A stretch of DNA of 64,000 nucleotides from Candidatus Omnitrophota bacterium. Its GTDB lineage: Bacteria; Omnitrophota; Gorgyraeia; Gygaellales; Profunditerraquicolaceae. The first letter of the stretch is position 1; every line of letters starts with the position of its first letter. This document shows, one piece after another, positions 8,965 to 16,610 of this stretch. Both the position numbers and the translations under genes were made by a program. The stretch is taken from assembly GCA_041651035.1 (NCBI GenBank), contig JBAZKC010000001.1:259244-323243 (forward strand), read 5' to 3'. The notes beneath the pieces were generated by a model, which saw only the letters and a list, made by a program, of their open reading frames with translations, made no database searches and was not told the DNA's origin.

Positions 8965-9809
8965 TTTATTGCCTCCCAAATCTTCCTTACTTGGGCCCCT
9001 GCCGCGCACTGCGCGTATTCAACAATAGTTTTACCTTCGACCAACGCCTTAACAACTGCCTTATCAAAAGGAATCTTTCCTATAACAGGTATATCATTCT
9101 CCCGGCAAAATGTTTCAATCCTTTCAGTCATTACCGGGTTTAAATCATATTTGTTTACTGCTAACTTAACGGGAATATTAAAATGCTTAGCCACTCCTAT
9201 TACGCGCTGGGCGTCATGCAAGCCTGAAAGCGTCGGTTCAGTCACAATTAAAGCGCAGTCAACCCCTGATAATGATGCGATAACCGGACACCCTATCCCC
9301 GGAGGGCCGTCAATAATTATATGATCTAGCGCTTGCTTCTCTGCTAATTCTTTTGCAACCTGCTTTATTTTAGCTACCAGTTTACCTGAATTTTCCTCTG
9401 CTATGCCAAGCTTTGCATGCACAAAGAGGCCATATTTGGTATCGGAAACAAACCATTCACCCGCAATATTTTCTTCCATGCGTATTGCTCCATACGGACA
9501 TATATGACTACAGAGAACGCATCCTTCGCAGGAAAAACGCTCAACCGTACAGTCAGCTCTTATTGCCCCGAACCTGCATACTGAAATACACTTTCCGCAT
9601 TTCTTGCAGAGTCCCTTATCAATAACCGCGGTTTGCCCGCTTCTAAACTCATGGCGCTCTCGAATATCAGGATGCAGTAATAAATGCAGATCTGCCGCAT
9701 CTACATCGCAATCAACCATAATCTTATTTTTGGCTAAAGCCGCGAGAGACCCTGTAACAACGGTCTTGCCTGTCCCGCCCTTTCCGCTAATTACGGCTAT
9801 TTGCTTCAT
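8961..9809 (-). CDS. MinD/Mrp-superfamily P-loop ATPase with inserted 2x[4Fe-4S] ferredoxin domain (COG1149-like)
   Basis: SGKGGTGKT Walker A motif, followed by the CKKCGKCISVC and CEGCVLCSHICP insert and then a ParA/MinD-like C-terminal half. Confidence 0.8.
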   Translation of the reverse strand: MKQIAVISGKGGTGKTVVTGSLAALAKNKIMVDCDVDAADLHLLLHPDIRERHEFRSGQTAVIDKGLCKKCGKCISVCRFGAIRADCTVERFSCEGCVLCSHICPYGAIRMEENIAGEWFVSDTKYGLFVHAKLGIAEENSGKLVAKIKQVAKELAEKQALDHIIIDGPPGIGCPVIASLSGVDCALIVTEPTLSGLHDAQRVIGVAKHFNIPVKLAVNKYDLNPVMTERIETFCRENDIPVIGKIPFDKAVVKALVEGKTIVEYAQCAAGAQVRKIWEAIK

Positions 9810-10671
9810 TCATTACTCCACAGATATGGATGTATAAGTTAATAAATTTATCCTGGTAAAAAACATCTTTTTCTACAATAGGTATGCCTTCGGAATAGCT
9901 GACCGCTATTTTTTTACTAAAAGGAATCCGCATTAAAACAGGGATATTCTCTTTACTACAATAATCCTCAACTTTTCCATCCCCGATATCAGCGCGGTTG
10001 ATGACCACGCCAAACGGTATATGTAATTTACGCAATACCTCAACTGTTAAAATAAGATCATTCAACCCAAAAGGCGTTGGTTCTGTGACTAAAACACAAA
10101 AATCGCTTCCTTTAACTGCCGTAATCACCGGGCAAGACGTTCCGGGTGGAGCATCAATGATCACCGTCTTTGTAGGATCAATATACTTTTTTACCTGCCG
10201 GATTAAAGGCGGCGACATAGCTTCGCCGATATTTAAGCGGCCGTGGACAAACCGCATATCTCCTTTTTCGCCGATCTCAATAATGCCGATTTCTTTATTG
10301 ATTTCTTTTATCGCGCCTTGAGGGCAAAGAATACTGCATGCGCCGCATCCGTGGCAAAGATGCGGGAAAATTAAAACACTGCCCTTTTTGCCTTCGCTTC
10401 CCGGCAATACGGCAATCGCATGATATGCGCAAACTTCCCGGCACCTGCCGCAATAGGTACACTTTCCCTCATCAACCTCCGGCACGGAAATATATGCCTT
10501 AGCTTTCTCTTTTATACGAGGTTTAAGAAAGAGATGGGCATTTGGCTCTTCTACATCGCAGTCAAGAAACTGGATATTCTTAAGCGACAACGCAAGATTA
10601 ACCGCAACCGTAGTCTTTCCCGTCCCGCCTTTTCCGCTGGCAATTGAAATAATCATATTAATTGACGGCAT
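9787..10671 (-). CDS. MinD/Mrp-superfamily P-loop ATPase with inserted ferredoxin domain (paralog)
   Basis: SGKGGTGKTT Walker A, CTYCGRCREVC and CHGCGACSILCP motifs. It has the same architecture as the downstream gene and overlaps it by 23 nt. Confidence 0.8.
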   Translation of the reverse strand: MPSINMIISIASGKGGTGKTTVAVNLALSLKNIQFLDCDVEEPNAHLFLKPRIKEKAKAYISVPEVDEGKCTYCGRCREVCAYHAIAVLPGSEGKKGSVLIFPHLCHGCGACSILCPQGAIKEINKEIGIIEIGEKGDMRFVHGRLNIGEAMSPPLIRQVKKYIDPTKTVIIDAPPGTSCPVITAVKGSDFCVLVTEPTPFGLNDLILTVEVLRKLHIPFGVVINRADIGDGKVEDYCSKENIPVLMRIPFSKKIAVSYSEGIPIVEKDVFYQDKFINLYIHICGVMNEANSRN

Positions 10672-11330
10672 GCAATCAAAACTTCCTGAAACTTGCTGCT
10701 TGCTTTGCTAATGATAAAATCCTTGCCTGCTAAATACCTTTCTATACCGGATAACGTGGTTTTACAAACCTCATGCTTGTTCCCTTCGCTAGTATGGATT
10801 TTATCCATTAACGTTAATCCTTCTTTGGTAAAGTCGCTTAATATAAGCTTACCTTCAAGAGAAAGCACGCGTAAGAACTCATTGATAACTTTATAGGGAT
10901 TGATTAAATGGTGCAGGGTATTGATCAAAAAGATGATGTCAAAGCTTTTATCTTTAAAGCTTAAGGACTCGCCGTTTTCAATGCGAAAATCAACCTGTTT
11001 GTCTAAGCCAAAATACCGCAGATTGAGCTTCGCGAAAACCTGTTCGGTTTCCGAGATATCAAAGGTAGTAAAACTATAACCGGCCTTTGCCAGCTCAAGC
11101 GTAAAATGGCCCTTGCCCGTCCCGGCTTCAAGTATATCACCGTAAAGAGGCTGGGCCTTCTCTAAGATGAAGGCCCGCTCTTTATCTACTTCGTAACCAA
11201 GGCTGCTATATAACGCTTTACGCTCTAAATAGCGTTTATGATTCGCTAAAAGCTCTTCTTCCAATCCTATTGTTCCTAATCGTGCTCCTTGAACATCTTG
11301 TCTTGCGTCGGATCGTTTTTCCTGATCCAC
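10653..11330 (-). CDS. class I SAM-dependent methyltransferase
   Basis: Motif I ILEAGTGKGHFTLELA plus an acidic residue after beta-2 (TFDISE). The N-terminal 55 nt overlap the upstream ferritin-like gene, so the true start may be a downstream non-ATG codon. Confidence 0.7.
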   Translation of the reverse strand: MDQEKRSDARQDVQGARLGTIGLEEELLANHKRYLERKALYSSLGYEVDKERAFILEKAQPLYGDILEAGTGKGHFTLELAKAGYSFTTFDISETEQVFAKLNLRYFGLDKQVDFRIENGESLSFKDKSFDIIFLINTLHHLINPYKVINEFLRVLSLEGKLILSDFTKEGLTLMDKIHTSEGNKHEVCKTTLSGIERYLAGKDFIISKASSKFQEVLIACRQLI

Positions 11331-11527
11331 TCCACAAGCATTGCTGTATGCTCTTTTTCCTCATTCATATTGTGCGTAAGGAGTTTCTTTAATGACTCAT
11401 CATCGGTTGCGTCAATCCGCTCCTGATAAAAATCGATTGCTTCAAGCTCTTCGCGCAGAGATTTTCTTGCTCTTTCCAAATCAACGTGCTTAGGTTCCAT
11501 CTTTTCTAATGGTTCGAAAAACGGCAT
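11276..11527 (-). CDS. ferritin-like protein resembling encapsulated ferritin (EncFtn/half-ferritin)
   Basis: 83 aa ORF, ...LREELEAIDFYQERIDATDDESLKKLLTHNMNEEKEHTAMLVEWIRKND. It shares the Glu/Glu-x-x-His di-iron layout and overall pattern with the EncFtn fold. It ends without a Gly/Ser-rich targeting tail. Confidence 0.55.
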   Translation of the reverse strand: MPFFEPLEKMEPKHVDLERARKSLREELEAIDFYQERIDATDDESLKKLLTHNMNEEKEHTAMLVEWIRKNDPTQDKMFKEHD

Positions 11528-11543
11528 CTCGTCCTCCTCTTTC

Positions 11544-11921
11544 TTAATTATCCTTGCCCGGCATACCGAATTTTGAACTTACGCTCGGAGCATCCACCGC
11601 TTTATATTTCCCATTTTTATAACCCTCTATCGCCTCTTTTACTGTCCCGGAAACTCCGGTAAAAACGCTTACTCCCGCGGCAGATAAAACCTGATGCGCA
11701 TTGGGCCCAACGTTTCCGGTAAGGACTACTTTAACGCCTTTGGATACCACAAGCTGGCCCGATTGAATACCAGCCCCACCTTGAAACTGAAAGCTGGTAT
11801 TTTCCTGTGCCTCAAAATTACCAGTATCGGTATCAAAGAAAATGAAATTCTGGCACCGGCCAAAGCGCGGATCAACCTTAGAATCCAAAACCTTACCTTC
11901 TGAAGTAATGCATATTTTCAT
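11544..11921 (-). CDS. NifX/NafY-like dinitrogenase FeMo-cofactor-family (PF02579-like) protein
   Basis: MKICITSEG...DPRFGRCQNFIFFD...GAGIQSGQLVVSKGVKVVLTGNVGPNA matches the NifB/NifX-type fold. I placed the start at 11921 because an AAGGAAGG RBS precedes it. The track ORF starts at 11948. Confidence 0.65.
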   Translation of the reverse strand: MKICITSEGKVLDSKVDPRFGRCQNFIFFDTDTGNFEAQENTSFQFQGGAGIQSGQLVVSKGVKVVLTGNVGPNAHQVLSAAGVSVFTGVSGTVKEAIEGYKNGKYKAVDAPSVSSKFGMPGKDN

Positions 11922-11938
11922 TTTTAACCTGCCCTTCC

Positions 11939-12325
11939 TTAATGACACGCGCCACCTTCACCATGACCCTTATGATCCTTGCACGCATCAAGACCACCCA
12001 AGGTATTATTCATAAAATCATCCAGCGCTTTTTGCACATTACCAGAATAACCAAACACCTGAACTCCTGCTTGCGCGAATTTCTGCTGGGCGCCCATCCC
12101 CATACCTCCGGCAATAACATGGGTTATCTTATACTTTAGAATCTCATCAACCGCGACACACCCGCCTCCGCCATGCACAGCAGTATTCGGTACAATGCGG
12201 GTGCCTGTAATTTTCTTCTTATCTTTATCAATATCCGCCAAGAAGAAAAACTTACACTGCCCGAAATGCGCGCAGACATTGCCATGCACACCATTCTCAT
12301 CTTCCAATACGACTCCGACTCTCAT
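11939..12325 (-). CDS. NifX/NafY-like FeMo-cofactor-family protein (paralog) with Cys/His-rich tail
   Basis: MRVGVVLEDENGVHGNVCAHFGQCKFFFLAD...VIAGGMGMGA, with a C-terminal CKDHKGHGEGGACH metal-binding-like tail. Confidence 0.65.
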   Translation of the reverse strand: MRVGVVLEDENGVHGNVCAHFGQCKFFFLADIDKDKKKITGTRIVPNTAVHGGGGCVAVDEILKYKITHVIAGGMGMGAQQKFAQAGVQVFGYSGNVQKALDDFMNNTLGGLDACKDHKGHGEGGACH

Positions 12326-12361
12326 ATTTAAATCTCCTTCCTTAATAAAGCTTTGTGACAG

Positions 12362-12712
12362 CTATTTTTCCTCTTCTTTTTTACCCTCTAAATCCTGAAC
12401 ACGTGCCTGTACAGCATCAAGCTCATCTTTGAGATAACCAGCCTGATCTTTAAGAATCGCTAATTCGTCGTCCTTTGATCCTATACGGCCAAAACCGCCA
12501 AACGCCTGCATGCCTCTTTGAGTCCTCATCCAACCCGGAAGCCCGGTCGCATTGAAACAATTCCTAAAACCACGGCCCCCTCCTCTTCCAAAAGAACCCC
12601 TGCTATTACCCGGCCGAACGTCTGCGCCATTTACTACTACCGCACAATATCCTCTACCACCGCCTGTCATCGCACCTTGCCCTATAGGGCCTGTTCCATC
12701 TTTATTCGGCAT
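12362..12712 (-). CDS. DUF5320-like glycine/arginine-rich small protein with C-terminal coiled coil
   Basis: 116 aa ORF starting MPNKDGTGPIGQGAMTGGGRGYC, followed by a GRGG-rich stretch and then an acidic coiled-coil tail. Confidence 0.5.
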   Translation of the reverse strand: MPNKDGTGPIGQGAMTGGGRGYCAVVVNGADVRPGNSRGSFGRGGGRGFRNCFNATGLPGWMRTQRGMQAFGGFGRIGSKDDELAILKDQAGYLKDELDAVQARVQDLEGKKEEEK

Positions 12713-12757
12713 TTTACTTTCCTCCCATGCTTGATTTTCTCTTAATTAAAATAAACA

Positions 12758-12892
12758 TTACCGACAGTTTCCTTTTTCCCCACCCTTCTTTTTCCCTATT
12801 CCTTTTCCAGAAGATCTTCCCTTACCCTGTCCTTTTCCGACTCTTGCTCCTTTTGAGCCACTCCTTGGGCCTGTTCCATCAAAACGCGGCAT
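12758..12892 (-). CDS. DUF5320-like mini-protein (44 aa, not in the ORF track)
   Basis: ATG at 12892 with a GGGAGGTG RBS 6 nt upstream. Translation is MPRFDGTGPRSGSKGARVGKGQGKGRSSGKGIGKKKGGEKGNCR. It shares the MPxxDGTGP N-terminus with the downstream paralog. Confidence 0.45.
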   Translation of the reverse strand: MPRFDGTGPRSGSKGARVGKGQGKGRSSGKGIGKKKGGEKGNCR

Positions 12893-12951
12893 ATCACACC
12901 TCCCTTTGTTATTGAAAACCATTTCCATTACAAGAGAAAAAAATATAGCGG

Positions 12952-13425
12952 TTATTTCTTACCGCTACATTTGTCGCATAAACCGTAAAATTGGATAACG
13001 TGATTAGTGATCTTGAAATTGTATTTGGCCCCTAAACCCTTCTCGGTTTCCCTTAAAAGCTCAACCTCTTCATCAATGAAGTCTGTATAATCAACTACCT
13101 TGTTGCAATCGGTGCAAACCAAATGATGGTGATGGTGCGCTCCTTTGGGGCCTTCTGCCAATTCATAACGGGCCCTCCCATCTCCGAAATCAAGCTTATA
13201 CACCATCCCAAGGCTGGATAATACGTCTAATGTCCTGTAAATAGTGGTAAGGCCGACATTAGGATATTTCGGATGAACCTTCATGTAAATATCTTCAGCG
13301 CTTAAGTGGCCTTCTGATCTAGATAAGATATCCAGGATTGCTTCCCGGCCTATAGTAAGCCTGTAGCCGCAGCCCCTGAATTTACCATGCCACCAGCCCT
13401 GCCCTTGACAATTGCCTCTTGACAT
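12952..13425 (-). CDS. fur: Fur-family transcriptional regulator
   Basis: 157 aa ORF with a winged-helix half plus the HHHHHLVCTDC...CDKC metal site typical of Fur, Zur and PerR. A GGGAG RBS precedes it. Confidence 0.8.
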   Translation of the reverse strand: MSRGNCQGQGWWHGKFRGCGYRLTIGREAILDILSRSEGHLSAEDIYMKVHPKYPNVGLTTIYRTLDVLSSLGMVYKLDFGDGRARYELAEGPKGAHHHHHLVCTDCNKVVDYTDFIDEEVELLRETEKGLGAKYNFKITNHVIQFYGLCDKCSGKK

Positions 13426-13468
13426 ATTTAATATTACTCCCTGCCTGCCGGTAGGCAGGCTTAATGAA

Positions 13469-13514
13469 AATGGTTACCATTATTAAATATACACTATGCG
13501 ACTATTTTTGTCAA
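13469..13514 (-). promoter_or_regulatory. fur promoter (TTGACA-17-TATATT) with a Fur-box-like 6-1-6 palindrome AATGGTtACCATT at the start site
   Basis: Read on the minus strand: -35 TTGACA at 13514-13509, -10 TATATT at 13491-13486 and a perfect palindrome at 13481-13469. Confidence 0.5.
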
Positions 13515-13792
13515 GCTCTTTTTTTAAGCAAAGAGAGCGCTGCCTCGTTTATTGCTATCTCTTGACTAAGCGCTCGAAAATTCTTTTCGCTTCGCTCAAC
13601 AATTTTCTTCGCAGGCTGTGAGAGGGCCCCAAAAAAGAAAATTCCCGCCTCGTAAGATATGCCAAAATTTTCTTCGTTCCCTTTAAGGAACTCTGATAAT
13701 TTTGGCATACTCGGCGGGATAATTCGCGCATATAACTTACGTCGGAGCAAGCCGCAAAAGCGGCGAGCCCTCCGTAAGTTATGCGCTTATTA

Positions 13793-13864
13793 TGCCGAGG
13801 GAGGGAATCGGACCCCCCACGCCGGCCTTTTCAGGGCCGCGCTCTACCACTGAGCTACCTCGGC
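13793..13864 (-). tRNA. tRNA-Phe (anticodon GAA)
   Basis: Reverse complement reads GCCGAGGTAGCTCAGTGGTAGAGCGCGGCCCTGAAAAGGCCGGCGTGGGGGGTCCGATTCCCTCCCTCGGC plus discriminator A. Anticodon stem CGGCC/GGCCG with loop CTGAAAA. The T-loop reads TCCGATT. Confidence 0.75.
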
Positions 13865-13884
13865 TGATTATCGATTAATATATT

Positions 13885-14550
13885 TTACACAAATTTCTTC
13901 AAAAAGAAAGAACAAAATATTAAATAGCTAACAAATAGCGCGAAGACGGTTATTTCCGGTATAAAAACAAATGCGATCAAGGCAGCCGGAAAAAGGAATA
14001 ATACCTTTCTGCCTAAGATCTGTTTTAAGGCGTCTAAGTCCGGGTATCTTATTTTTGAAACCATCAAGAACGACAGGCATAAAATTATCGGCAAGAATAT
14101 AAACGGCGATGGCAGCCGGGTGTATTTTATACTTATTAAAATAACTGTGGCTAATATGCCTCCGCTGACAGTAGTCGGCAGGCCGTAAAAATAATCGGCT
14201 AATTTATCCTTGGGCATAATGTTATATTTTGCCAGCCGCGTTACGCTGCAAACCAGATAAACAAATAAGACAGCAACCGCAAGGAGGCTAAAACCCCGGC
14301 AGATAAAAATATAAGCTAATACAGACGGAGCGATACCGAAAGAAACGACATCAGCCAATGAATCTAGCTGTTTGCCAAATTCGCTGGGGACGGGGTTACG
14401 CCTTGCTGCCTGGCCGTCTAATCCATCAAAGATAACAGATAGGATTATCGCCCAGCAGGCAGAGGCAAAGCGGCCCTCCAGAGAGAAGATGACCGCGGCA
14501 AAACCGCTGGCCAGGCTTAAGCCGGTAAGAAAATTAGCTAAATAGTTCAT
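13885..14550 (-). CDS. pssA: CDP-alcohol phosphatidyltransferase (phosphatidylserine synthase-like)
   Basis: DGLDGQAARRNPVPSEFGKQLDSLADVVSFG fits the D-G-x2-A-R-x8-G-x3-D-x3-D signature. The protein has multiple TM segments. Confidence 0.7.
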   Translation of the reverse strand: MNYLANFLTGLSLASGFAAVIFSLEGRFASACWAIILSVIFDGLDGQAARRNPVPSEFGKQLDSLADVVSFGIAPSVLAYIFICRGFSLLAVAVLFVYLVCSVTRLAKYNIMPKDKLADYFYGLPTTVSGGILATVILISIKYTRLPSPFIFLPIILCLSFLMVSKIRYPDLDALKQILGRKVLFLFPAALIAFVFIPEITVFALFVSYLIFCSFFLKKFV

Positions 14551-14930
14551 TTGGCCTCTTCCATTATTTGCACAAATATACGTTGGGCTAAGTCTAAGTT
14601 GGGAAAATGGTACTTGCGGGCGGAGATCTTTATACGGGTAGTGGCCTGGGTCATCCTGATCAATTTAATCCATACATGGCTTGAATCCGCCTGGAACTCA
14701 ATATAACCTTTTAAATTATCTTCCTGTATTATCGTGCCGCGCTGCCTGCTTACCGCCAAAGTGGAACTCCAGAGCATATCATACGGCTTATCTGTATCGG
14801 CCTGTATCGTGTCCCTGCTTATCCCGTAAGCGCCTAACGCGCCTGCCGCGCCTCCTAAAACAAACACACAGCCGGTTATACTTAAAAACAACACGGATAG
14901 AAAACAATAAAGAAATGCTGTCTTTTTCAT
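14547..14930 (-). CDS. hypothetical lipoprotein
   Basis: Signal peptide with a lipobox (ITGC). No recognisable catalytic motif. The stop overlaps the pssA start. Confidence 0.45.
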   Translation of the reverse strand: MKKTAFLYCFLSVLFLSITGCVFVLGGAAGALGAYGISRDTIQADTDKPYDMLWSSTLAVSRQRGTIIQEDNLKGYIEFQADSSHVWIKLIRMTQATTRIKISARKYHFPNLDLAQRIFVQIMEEAK

Positions 14931-15027
14931 TTTATCTCCTTCTTAGAAAACACCTTTACGAAACAAAACGCGGTAAGTCCGAAAATTATCCCCCATGAAA
15001 CAACCAAAAATAACCATCCGCCTGATC

Positions 15028-16596
15028 TCATCGCGTCTTCTCCGTTCCTATTCTCTTCTTCCGCCAGGCGATCTTCACCATGACCGCCAGGACCAGGAAT
15101 ATTAATACCAAACCCAGCCTCGTCCCCAGGATAAACGGCTTATTTCCTGAAGAGATGTTCTTCATGAATATTATAGGCAGCCACTCCTGCCAAAACCACA
15201 TCCCTAAAATAAGAAATAAGAATACCGGCGTAATATACTTAATGATGAACTTATAAATCTTGGGAACCCGCATATCCGCGCCCTTATGTATTTCATCCCA
15301 GGCCGGTTCCATGCCGAATATCCAGCCAAAGAGCAGGGTTTCTATAGTGGCAAATAATACCAGGAAGAATGTACCTCCCCAAAAGTCCAATTCATCTACC
15401 ACGCCGTTCTTTAAGAAGAATACCACCGGCTGGCACAATATAAACGCGATAATTCCGAATATCCACACCGCTTTCTTCCTGCCGATATTAAACTCATCTT
15501 CCAAAAACGCCACTGCCGGCTGGGCCAGGGATACTGAAGAAGTCACGCCTGCCAAAAATAATAGAAAAAACCAGATGAATCCGAACATCTCTGCCAGAGG
15601 AAGTTTATTTAATACCAGAGGCATGGTCACAAACCCTAGATTAAACACCCCGGAGCGCGCGATAGACTGTATATCCACGGGGCCGAAAAAAACAAATGCC
15701 GCCGGAATAATAATGCTACTGCCTAATATTATCTCAGCGGCTTCATTGGTTCCGGCCGCGGTTAGCCCGGAAAGCACCACGTCATCCCCCTTTGATAAAT
15801 AACTGGCATAAGTAAGGATCACGCCGATGCCCACACTGAGAGTAAAAAATATCTGGCCTGCCGCTTCCAGCCAGACCTTGGCGGACTTCAGGGCGGAAAA
15901 ATCCGGATTCCACAAGAAACCAAACCCGTTAGAGATATTCCAATCAGGCCTGGCCATATCCGGCGTACCTAAGGTCATAACCCTTATCATTAACACCATG
16001 CCAAAGATAAATAAAAGCGGCATTGCCCATTTGCAAAGCTTCTCTATCCCGCCTTTTATCCCGTAGTATATGACCCGTACATTAATAAAAAACGTGACCA
16101 GGAAGAACAAATATGCCAGGCCCATGCCCTGGAAATACTGATTCTTGCTAAGCCCCTGAAAACCGCTTAGGAAAGCCTGCATCGAAGCCTGGTCCGCCAG
16201 TTTACTATATTTACCTATGAGCGCGAAAAAACTATACGCCAGCGCCCATGATTCTATGTAGGTATAATAAATAAAAATAACCAGCGGCCCGAATATGCCG
16301 ATGATGCCGAAATATTTAATAAAACGGTTCTTCTTCCAGATGCTGTGGAATATTCCGGGGGCGGTCCCATGCCCGAAGCCTCCGCCGTAACGGCCTAAGG
16401 TCCATTCGATCCACATCAAGGGTATCCCTAACAAAAACAAAGACACGAAATAGGGGATCATGAATGCCCCGCCGCCATTTGAAGCGGCCTTGGCAGGGAA
16501 CCTTAAGAAATTCCCCAATCCGATGGCAGAACCTGCCACAGCCATGATAATCCCCAGGCGGGAACCCCACCTGTCTCTCTTATTTACCTGACTCAT
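15028..16596 (-). CDS. sodium-dependent transporter (NSS/SNF family)
   Basis: The N-terminus GSRLGIIMAVAGSAIGLGNFLRFP...GGGAFMIPYF is the hallmark of NSS transporters. The protein has about 12 TM segments. Confidence 0.85.
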   Translation of the reverse strand: MSQVNKRDRWGSRLGIIMAVAGSAIGLGNFLRFPAKAASNGGGAFMIPYFVSLFLLGIPLMWIEWTLGRYGGGFGHGTAPGIFHSIWKKNRFIKYFGIIGIFGPLVIFIYYTYIESWALAYSFFALIGKYSKLADQASMQAFLSGFQGLSKNQYFQGMGLAYLFFLVTFFINVRVIYYGIKGGIEKLCKWAMPLLFIFGMVLMIRVMTLGTPDMARPDWNISNGFGFLWNPDFSALKSAKVWLEAAGQIFFTLSVGIGVILTYASYLSKGDDVVLSGLTAAGTNEAAEIILGSSIIIPAAFVFFGPVDIQSIARSGVFNLGFVTMPLVLNKLPLAEMFGFIWFFLLFLAGVTSSVSLAQPAVAFLEDEFNIGRKKAVWIFGIIAFILCQPVVFFLKNGVVDELDFWGGTFFLVLFATIETLLFGWIFGMEPAWDEIHKGADMRVPKIYKFIIKYITPVFLFLILGMWFWQEWLPIIFMKNISSGNKPFILGTRLGLVLIFLVLAVMVKIAWRKKRIGTEKTR

Positions 16597-16610
16597 AGGG
16601 ACGCGCTTAA

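Noticed and set aside
13511-13853. Two track ORFs (79 aa minus, 64 aa plus) between fur and tRNA-Phe
   Set aside because: They overlap the tRNA-Phe gene and long perfect hairpins. The translations have no recognisable features, so they are treated as non-coding structured sequence.
15260-16570. Plus- and minus-strand ORFs (180 aa, 79 aa, 84 aa) inside the NSS transporter gene
   Set aside because: They are alternative frames of a clearly conserved transporter. Their low-complexity Pro/Ser/Asn-rich translations look like artefacts.
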